Below are positions 57,359 through 64,000 of a stretch of DNA of 64,000 bases, one piece after another (the first letter of the stretch is position 1; each line of letters opens with the position of its first letter). The notes under the pieces were generated by a model. It did no database searches. It was not told the DNA's origin and saw nothing but the letters and a program-made list of their open reading frames with translations. Origin of the DNA: a bacterium (GTDB taxonomy: Bacteria > UBA8248); NCBI GenBank assembly GCA_965213625.1, contig CBDBZU010000004.1, forward strand, positions 2,976,001 through 3,040,000, written 5' to 3'. The position numbers were made by a program, and so were the translations under genes.

Positions 57359-58396
57359 TCAGGCCATCGCGGGCGCGACCTCATTGGCGAATCTTTCCAA
57401 AAGTTTGAGAGACTCCTCGTGCTTCATCCCGTCGCCGTAAACGCCGAGAATCACGTGGTTCAGACCAAAATCATCCCTCAACCGATAAAGCTCCTGAATG
57501 TTTTCTTCTGCTGAGCCGATAACCCCGCCTCCGTTCAGGAACTCGCGCACGTCGAGCTTGTAGCTCCAGTTGCGCTGGAGGTGCCTGCCCTCCTCGTCCG
57601 TAAACTCCACCTCGTTCACCCTGGCGCGGTATTCGAGGTAGGAAGAAAGGCCTCGCTCGAAGTTGTTTAGATAATCGGTCTGCTCGCCCTCCTCACAGAC
57701 GTAGAAGCGATGCGTCATGGTGTAGTCGACCTCGGACAGGTCGCCCCCGACCTTCGCCACGGCTTCCTCGTAGAGTTTCATCTTCTCGCGGTAGACCTGT
57801 GGACCCTTGAAGCCGGCCGAGGCCATGATCTTGAAGCCGTTCTCGCCTGCGTAAGTGTATGTCTCGGGACTCGTGCCGGCCAGCCAGATGGGCGGCCTAG
57901 GTTTCTGGAGGGGTTTGGGAAAGATTTCAACATTCTTGCACTGATAAAACTCGCCCTCGAAGGTTACCTGCTCACCTTCCAGGAGCCTCGAGATTATCTC
58001 CATGCCCTCGACGAGCCGCTTTCTGCTCTCTGAAGGCTTCGCGCCGAACGTCTTGAACTCCTTGGGCTGGGAACCACGACCCACGCCGAGTTCGAGCCTT
58101 CCGCCGCTCAGGAGATCTACCACCGCCGCCTGCTCGGCCAGACGCACCGGATTGTGGAAGGGCAAAATGGAAATCGCCGTCCCCAGGCGGATGGTCTTCG
58201 TCTTTTGCGCAAGCGCCGCGCACCAGAGCAAGGGGTCCGGGCACATACCGACCTTCGAAAAGTGATGCTCCGCGAACCAGGCGCAATGGTAACCGAGTTC
58301 ATCCGCCGCCTGGCATTGCTCCATCACCTTCTGATAGGCGTCGGCTTCCGATTCGTCCCCCTCGGGACAGATCACGTAAAAAATCGAGAATTTCAC
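57359..58396 (-). CDS. LLM-class flavin-dependent oxidoreductase
   Basis: WFAEHHF, LGTAISILPFHNP, DLLSGGRLELGVGRG, PKPLQKP. Confidence 0.93.
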   Translation of the reverse strand: MKFSIFYVICPEGDESEADAYQKVMEQCQAADELGYHCAWFAEHHFSKVGMCPDPLLWCAALAQKTKTIRLGTAISILPFHNPVRLAEQAAVVDLLSGGRLELGVGRGSQPKEFKTFGAKPSESRKRLVEGMEIISRLLEGEQVTFEGEFYQCKNVEIFPKPLQKPRPPIWLAGTSPETYTYAGENGFKIMASAGFKGPQVYREKMKLYEEAVAKVGGDLSEVDYTMTHRFYVCEEGEQTDYLNNFERGLSSYLEYRARVNEVEFTDEEGRHLQRNWSYKLDVREFLNGGGVIGSAEENIQELYRLRDDFGLNHVILGVYGDGMKHEESLKLLERFANEVAPAMA

Positions 58397-58585
58397 GTCA
58401 CTTCATCCTTCGTCTTCTTTTTTCATTCGTGGAATCGACATCGTCCCCCCCTTCTCGGGCGATTTCGTCTATTGAGCTGAATCATTAAATTAGCATCTTC
58501 TTCAGGGTCTGAGAAGCGTTCCAGCCTTGGGCGACAATTTTTTCGACCTGGGCTAGGATGCGGCATTATCCAAAGGAGGAAAGTC

Positions 58586-59335
58586 ATGCGTTTCGAGAAT
58601 AAGACCATCATCATCACGGGCGCGGGCGGGGGTATCGGACGGGCAAGCGCGCTCAGGCTCGCGCGAGAGGGCGCGCACGTCGTCTGCATGGACATCGCCG
58701 AATCTCGCGAGGAAACCGTCAAGCTCATCAAAGAAGACGACGGGGGCGACGCGAGCTCAGTGGCCTATGACGCATTGAACTCAGAAGGCGTGAAGGAAGT
58801 CTTCCGGGAGACGATTTCAACGCACGGACCCATCGACTGCCTCGTGAACTGCGTCGGGGCGGGTCTTCCTCTTTCAGCGCTTGAGATCGACGAAGAGGCC
58901 TTCGACAAGATGTTCGACATGAACGTCAAGACCACCTACCGCGCCTGCTGGGCGGTGCTGCCCCACATGCAGGAGAGAAGGAGCGGCAGAATCATCAATT
59001 TCTCCTCCGTCGCGGGCCGCTCCGCCAGCGTGCTCCAGGGACCGCATTATTCGAGCGCCAAGGCCGCCGTTATCGGCCTGACGCGCCACCTGGCGCGCGA
59101 GTTCGGCCCCCACAACATCAACGTGAACGCGATTGCGCCCGGCGTCATCGGCACCGATCGAATCCTCGAACAAATGAGCGACTCACAAAGGCAAAGAACC
59201 GAAGGCGCCACGCCCCTGGGGCGCATCGGCAGCCCTGATGATATCGCGGGCGTCGTCGCCTTTCTCGCCTCCGAGGATGCGCGCCACGTCACCGGCGTCA
59301 CCATCGACGTGAACGGCGGATTCTTTTTGGCTTAG
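58586..59335 (+). CDS. SDR family oxidoreductase
   Basis: TGAGGGIG, YSSAK, NAIAPG, VNGG. Confidence 0.93.
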   Translation: MRFENKTIIITGAGGGIGRASALRLAREGAHVVCMDIAESREETVKLIKEDDGGDASSVAYDALNSEGVKEVFRETISTHGPIDCLVNCVGAGLPLSALEIDEEAFDKMFDMNVKTTYRACWAVLPHMQERRSGRIINFSSVAGRSASVLQGPHYSSAKAAVIGLTRHLAREFGPHNINVNAIAPGVIGTDRILEQMSDSQRQRTEGATPLGRIGSPDDIAGVVAFLASEDARHVTGVTIDVNGGFFLA

Positions 59336-59365
59336 TCGGCAAGGATTTTGTCAGGCGACACAAGG

Positions 59366-59526
59366 GGGGTTGTTGAAAACCTCCCTGAAGGAGCGCGCTA
59401 AATTTCACACCCCCTTGAGTGGCTGTAGAAAAACCCCCTGAGAGGGTAAAGGCAACTCCATTGAAAGGGAAGCCCCATAAAGGCACCCCCCCCTACCCCC
59501 TAAAAGCGGACTTTTACAACAACCCC
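59366..59526. mobile_element. Possible MITE / IS-end remnant
   Basis: Terminal inverted repeats GGGGTTGTTGAAAA / TTTTACAACAACCCC, internal GGCTGTAGAAAAA; no transposase. Confidence 0.45.
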
Positions 59527-59531
59527 AAATG

Positions 59532-61655
59532 CTAACCCTCGGGAGACTCCGCCTCAAATGGCACGGGGGTCACGAAATCCTTTGGCCGCATGAGCTGCAT
59601 GACGACCGAGACGATCAGCAGCGCAAGCCCCGTCGTCTTGTACCACATGCCGTTCCAGAACAGGGCTACACCGGCTACACCCATGAGGACGCGGTCGAAC
59701 ACCGTCAGGATGCGCAGGAAATAGCCTTCCAGAGCCGCAGAGGTGCATATGAAGCCAAGGGCAGCGCTCACCCACACCAGGATTACCTGATCCCAGGGCC
59801 CGTTGATCAGGATCGGCGTGTAAGCCATCAAGAGCGGGACGACGTAGAGCGGCTTCGCCAGCTTGAGCGAAATGAAGCCCGTCCGCATGGGGTCGCACTG
59901 CGCGACGCCCGCCGCCACGAAGGCGCCGAGAGCGAAGGGCGGCGTCAGGGCCGCGTCCTGACTCAGCCAGAGGATGATCATGTGCGCGGCGAACATCGAG
60001 AGACCGAAGTCCATCAGCGCGGGTCCGGCCAGTATGGCGATGAGGATGTAGCTCGCCGTGATCGTCATCCCCATGCCCAGGATGTAGCTGGCGAGCGCCA
60101 CCAGAGCCACCGCCAGCCAGAGCATGTTGTTCGAATAGGAGAGGATGATGGCCGTCATCTTCTGGGCCAGATCGGGATGCGTGACGCCCGTGAGCACGAG
60201 GCCCATGACGCCCGCCGTCGCGCCGATGACGAGCGAATTCACAGAACCCGTAACGAACGCGTCCCCAATTTCGGACATGATGCGCCGCGCCTCCTGATGC
60301 CGCCACGACAGGAAGCATGCGATCAGCACGTAGAAATACACCGCGTCGCCGCCGTAAATGATGCTGGCGAAGAATACAGCCGCCTGCAGCCCCAGGAGAT
60401 ACCAGCATTTCTGCTTGAACGTACTCACCACCACGGAGGCGACGATGGCCCAGAAGCCCGCGAAAAACGGTGAAAACTGAAGGATGAGGAGCATGATGAG
60501 GAGCACGATGGGGATGAGCAATATCCCGTCTTTTTTCATCACGCCCCAGAAATCGGGCAACTCATCCTTGGTAAGACCTTGTAAGTTGTTCTTGCTCGCG
60601 TAGTAGTGGACCGACATGAAGACGGAGAGATAATAGAGCAGCGCGGGCACGAGGCTCACGAGCGCGACCTTGTAGTAGGGCGTCTCGGTCATCGCGGCGA
60701 GGATGAAGGCGGCGGACGCCATGATGGGCGGCATGAGGTGGCCGCCGATGCTGGCCACCGCCTCTGTCGCCGCGGCGTAAGTGGCCTTGAATCCCGCGCG
60801 CTTCATGAGGGGGATAGTAAACGTGCCGGTGATGACGATGTTCGCCGCCCCGCTTCCTACGATAGAGCCAACGAGGCCGCTCGACACAACGGACGCCTTC
60901 GCCGCCCCGCCCTTGAAACGGCCCACGAGCGCGAAGGCGAGATCGACGAACACGTCCCCCACCCTCGTGGCCTGGAGCAGCGCGCCGAATATCAGGAAGA
61001 GGAACACAACTTGCGCGTAGACGCGGGTGATGACCCCGTAGATACCCGACTGGCTGTAGAGGTAGCCCATCACGTAGCCGAACTCCGCACCCTTGTGCGA
61101 GAGCAGACCGGGAAACATCGGTCCCGCCCAGTCGTAGAACAGGAATACGATGGCGACTATCGGCAAAACCAGACCAAGCACGCGGCGGCACGTTTCCCAG
61201 ACGAGACATGCGGCGGCGAAGCCGAACACCACGTCGTTCCATTCCACGATGCCCGCCCGTGCGCCCCGATCGTCGTAGTAATACATGAACTCGCACATCA
61301 CGACGAAGCTGAGTACGCACCAGAGCAAGTCGAAACCAGAGGGCCTGTCTTTAGGCGAACTCGCCCTGCAAGGGTACAGCATAAAAGTAAGAACGGATGT
61401 AAAGCAGATGAAGATGGGAAGAGAGAACTGTTCGCCGTAATACGGTATGTAGGGAAATTCGAGTTGCATCAGTTTCAATGCTCTGGGGCCGAAGACCGTA
61501 AAACTTCCGTTCACCGCGCCGAAGAGAAAATATACGGCGAAGATGAAACCCAGCACGCGCAGCGCCCAGAGGGAATTACCGCTCAGCGTCCTCGTCGTGG
61601 AGAGACCCGCCCCGAGGAAGCTGCCGATTTTGTCCAAAACGCCGCGAAAACCCAA
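59532..61655 (-). CDS. TRAP transporter 4TM/12TM fused permease
   Basis: GGAAKASVVSS, TGTFTIPLMK, LMPPIM, ILGMGM, LTPP; start TTG 61655 or 61670. Confidence 0.92.
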   Translation of the reverse strand: MGFRGVLDKIGSFLGAGLSTTRTLSGNSLWALRVLGFIFAVYFLFGAVNGSFTVFGPRALKLMQLEFPYIPYYGEQFSLPIFICFTSVLTFMLYPCRASSPKDRPSGFDLLWCVLSFVVMCEFMYYYDDRGARAGIVEWNDVVFGFAAACLVWETCRRVLGLVLPIVAIVFLFYDWAGPMFPGLLSHKGAEFGYVMGYLYSQSGIYGVITRVYAQVVFLFLIFGALLQATRVGDVFVDLAFALVGRFKGGAAKASVVSSGLVGSIVGSGAANIVITGTFTIPLMKRAGFKATYAAATEAVASIGGHLMPPIMASAAFILAAMTETPYYKVALVSLVPALLYYLSVFMSVHYYASKNNLQGLTKDELPDFWGVMKKDGILLIPIVLLIMLLILQFSPFFAGFWAIVASVVVSTFKQKCWYLLGLQAAVFFASIIYGGDAVYFYVLIACFLSWRHQEARRIMSEIGDAFVTGSVNSLVIGATAGVMGLVLTGVTHPDLAQKMTAIILSYSNNMLWLAVALVALASYILGMGMTITASYILIAILAGPALMDFGLSMFAAHMIILWLSQDAALTPPFALGAFVAAGVAQCDPMRTGFISLKLAKPLYVVPLLMAYTPILINGPWDQVILVWVSAALGFICTSAALEGYFLRILTVFDRVLMGVAGVALFWNGMWYKTTGLALLIVSVVMQLMRPKDFVTPVPFEAESPEG

Positions 61656-61729
61656 TACGTGACCCCCCAAGAACGATGCCGCATTTCCGGCAAGGCTCCA
61701 TCAACGAGAAGAAATGCCTCGCTGGAAAT

Positions 61730-61760
61730 ACCGGCCGGGAGATTGCCTCCCCCGGCCGGT
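61730..61760 (-). terminator. GC hairpin after the TAXI gene
   Basis: ACCGGCCGGG / CCCGGCCGGT perfect 10-bp stem. Confidence 0.55.
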
Positions 61761-61777
61761 GAGATGCGCGAGTTCTT

Positions 61778-62758
61778 CTATTTCATCGGCAGCTTGTTGC
61801 CGACATCTTTCCAGTAACGCGCCGCACCCGGGTGCACCTTCAGGTTGATGGCGGCCATCCCTTTCAGATCCGGAGCCGTTACGAAGCCCGAAGCCCAGCC
61901 CTTGTGCACTTTCAGCAGGAACTCACGGCCCTTCTTCGAGAAGTTGATGCGTGCGACTTCATACACGACATCGTTGGGCACGTTGCAGCCTACGATGGTC
62001 CACGCGGCGTAGCCGATGGTGGGCACCGGCTTGTCGACGCCGTTGTAGGCATTCTTGACGATGGTTGTATTGAAATAAGCCGCATTCGACTTGAGTAGGC
62101 CTTCGCCCACTTTCCCGTCCACCGGAACGAGGGTGATGGGCAGCGAGGTCGCCAGCTTCAAGACGGCCGGCGAGGGCACGGGGTTCGGGATGGTGAAGGC
62201 GTCCAGACGACCGTCCTTGATGGCGTCGGCCGCCACGTTCCAGTTCAGGTTCTCCTCGCGCACCTTGATGCCGGCGAGCGACACAATGGTGCGCGTCATG
62301 AAGTGCGTGCTGCTGCCCCGGCGGGCGAAGCTGACGCGCTTGCCGTTCAGATCGGCGACAGTCTTGATGCCCGAGTCCTTCCGCACGGCGATGTGGAACT
62401 GCGAGACCGTGCCGGGTCCAAAACCGCACACATTTTTGTAGGGCTTTTTGAACATCTTCTTGCCCTTAAGCGCCAAATCCACGAGCGTGGCCACGCCCAG
62501 AGCAAACTCGGCTTTACCGTTTTCGACCAGCCGGATGTCTTCCACCGCGCCGCGCGTGGTGAGGTTGCTCATTTCGACGGTCTTCGATTCCTTGGAAACC
62601 AAAGCCGCGAGACCGCCCCAGATCACGTAGGCGGCGGCGCCCGGCGCAGCGCCGGCGACAGAGGTCTTGATGCGGGCGGCTTCGGCGCTCGAGAACGACA
62701 GGCCGACCGCCAGCGTGAACGCGACTGCTGCAATCGCAGCGTTTTTCAGATACTTCAT
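61778..62758 (-). CDS. TAXI-family TRAP solute-binding protein
   Basis: Signal peptide; TRGAVED, DLNGKRVS, DGRLDA, VHPGAARYW. Confidence 0.9.
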   Translation of the reverse strand: MKYLKNAAIAAVAFTLAVGLSFSSAEAARIKTSVAGAAPGAAAYVIWGGLAALVSKESKTVEMSNLTTRGAVEDIRLVENGKAEFALGVATLVDLALKGKKMFKKPYKNVCGFGPGTVSQFHIAVRKDSGIKTVADLNGKRVSFARRGSSTHFMTRTIVSLAGIKVREENLNWNVAADAIKDGRLDAFTIPNPVPSPAVLKLATSLPITLVPVDGKVGEGLLKSNAAYFNTTIVKNAYNGVDKPVPTIGYAAWTIVGCNVPNDVVYEVARINFSKKGREFLLKVHKGWASGFVTAPDLKGMAAINLKVHPGAARYWKDVGNKLPMK

Positions 62759-62833
62759 CTGTTTCTCCTCCTTGGTGAATAGTGTGTTGCAAGAAATAAA
62801 ACGATTCCCGGGATAATTGCCCAAAAACGAGAA

Positions 62834-63322
62834 TCAGGAACTCTCCTCTTCTTCGCGAAATTCGTCGATATCGCAATAGAGCTCGATGTAGTTTCCATCC
62901 GGGTCGCAGAAATAAAAGGCGCGGTTGCCGCTGCCCTGCTCGAACCCGTCTCCCTCGGGGCCATGGACTAGCGGACCATACTCGATCCTTACACCGCATT
63001 CTTTCAGGTGTCGAAGCGCCTTGAGCCACTCTCCCCGGTTCGGCAGTTCAAAAGCCAGGTGCTGAAACCCCGGCTTGGCTTCCGCCATGGAATTGCCTGA
63101 TTCGGGATAAAGCACCGAGGCATCCTCCGGGGCCTGAAAGAAGACGACCTCATGATGGGTGACATTGCATCGCAAAAATACAGAAGCCCCTCCCGGCACC
63201 ATTGCTCCCGGGCCGCTTCTGCTCGTTACCTTGAAGCCCAGCACGCGGGTGTAGAAATCCTCCATCCGGGCGAGGTCTTTCGTCCAGAATCCAACGTGCC
63301 CTATTTTCGTCGTTTTGAACAT
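62834..63322 (-). CDS. VOC family protein
   Basis: IGHVGF, HHEV, FQHLAF, YFCDPDGNYIE. Confidence 0.88.
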   Translation of the reverse strand: MFKTTKIGHVGFWTKDLARMEDFYTRVLGFKVTSRSGPGAMVPGGASVFLRCNVTHHEVVFFQAPEDASVLYPESGNSMAEAKPGFQHLAFELPNRGEWLKALRHLKECGVRIEYGPLVHGPEGDGFEQGSGNRAFYFCDPDGNYIELYCDIDEFREEEESS

Positions 63323-63521
63323 AAAAAACCGGTTCACTGTCAGCAGAGGCGTCGGAGGGAAAATAAATGGAATAGTCCCGCCTTCTCGTCCTCTCAGCCA
63401 CCTCTTGAAATAAAATATCTGTAAGACAAAATCTTAAACCATACCGGAGAACAAAAAGCAACAAACCTCGTCGTCTTGCGATGAAAATCAAAGCCTGCCA
63501 CGCGATTGTACTGAGGAAGAA

Positions 63522-64000
63522 TCAGCTTCCCGATTCGATTTCTGGAAATTCTGCAATCCAGCCCAGTTCCGCCTCGCACCAGCGGGCGGCGGAGAGTAGA
63601 GCGGCCTCGCCGAAGCGGCGTCCACCCAGTTGAATCCCGATGGGCAGATTCTCATCCCCCTTCCCTACAGGAAGGCTTATGGCCGGAAAACCGATTTGCG
63701 TGAAGGGTTCGTTGAACAGAGCGTTTCCGGTGGATTCCTCGGCGATGGGGGGACGCTCCACATGGGAAGGCAGAATGACGATGTCGAAACCCTGGAAGAA
63801 ATCCTCCATCCGCTGAATGAAGCGTGCGCGAAAGCGCAGGGCGTTCACATAGTGAACAGCAGGCGTCATGAGGCCCGTGGAGATGTTTTTCCGAATATGG
63901 GAAGCATAGGCGTCCTGATTCTCCAGGAACATCTTGTCGTGATAGGCGGCTGACTCCACGCGCATGATGATGCGGTGCGCCGCGTGCATCTCGTCCACAT
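63522..64000 (-). CDS. Amidase-signature family protein, C-terminal part (5' end outside the window)
   Basis: GFPAISLP, LPIGIQLGG, EAALLSAARWCE. Confidence 0.85.
   Translation of the reverse strand, partial: VDEMHAAHRIIMRVESAAYHDKMFLENQDAYASHIRKNISTGLMTPAVHYVNALRFRARFIQRMEDFFQGFDIVILPSHVERPPIAEESTGNALFNEPFTQIGFPAISLPVGKGDENLPIGIQLGGRRFGEAALLSAARWCEAELGWIAEFPEIESGS

Noticed and set aside
1-64000. CRISPR array, rRNA, prophage, integrase, transposase, retron RT
   Set aside because: No regularly spaced repeats with unique spacers and no such gene motifs seen

Overview
GC-rich bacterial chromosome segment, probably from a diderm heterotroph (DcaP-like porin, TRAP/TAXI, ccsA-hemACDB order; lineage cannot be fixed from sequence alone). 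Housekeeping genes (tRNA-Gly, mtaB, glnA, ccsA-hemA-hemC-hemD-hemB, pyrD-pyrK, thiolase/crotonase, meaB, cutA, plsC, ClC) are interleaved with catabolic modules: three luciferase-like monooxygenases, two NitT/TauT-type ABC importers, a TAXI-TRAP system, SDRs, VOC proteins and two incomplete molybdenum-hydroxylase loci. The ORF track misses several things. (1) Two genes have an in-frame TGA exactly at the catalytic Cys, followed by a SECIS-like hairpin, so they are probable selenoproteins: a DsbA/FrnE-like UPWC protein and a tandem-rhodanese sulfurtransferase. (2) An actinobacterial-GlnR-like orphan regulator lies directly upstream of a GlnA2-like glutamine synthetase, with a GAAAC-N6-GAAAC box between them. 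(3) A low-GC islet carries a frameshifted OLD-type ABC-ATPase/TOPRIM nuclease, preceded by palindromic repeats. (4) The leader of coxMSDE is structured and possibly pseudoknotted. (5) An ArsM-like methyltransferase lacks two arsenic-binding Cys. (6) There are candidate non-canonical start codons and homopolymer frameshifts. All assignments come from motif recognition by eye; no database searches were run.
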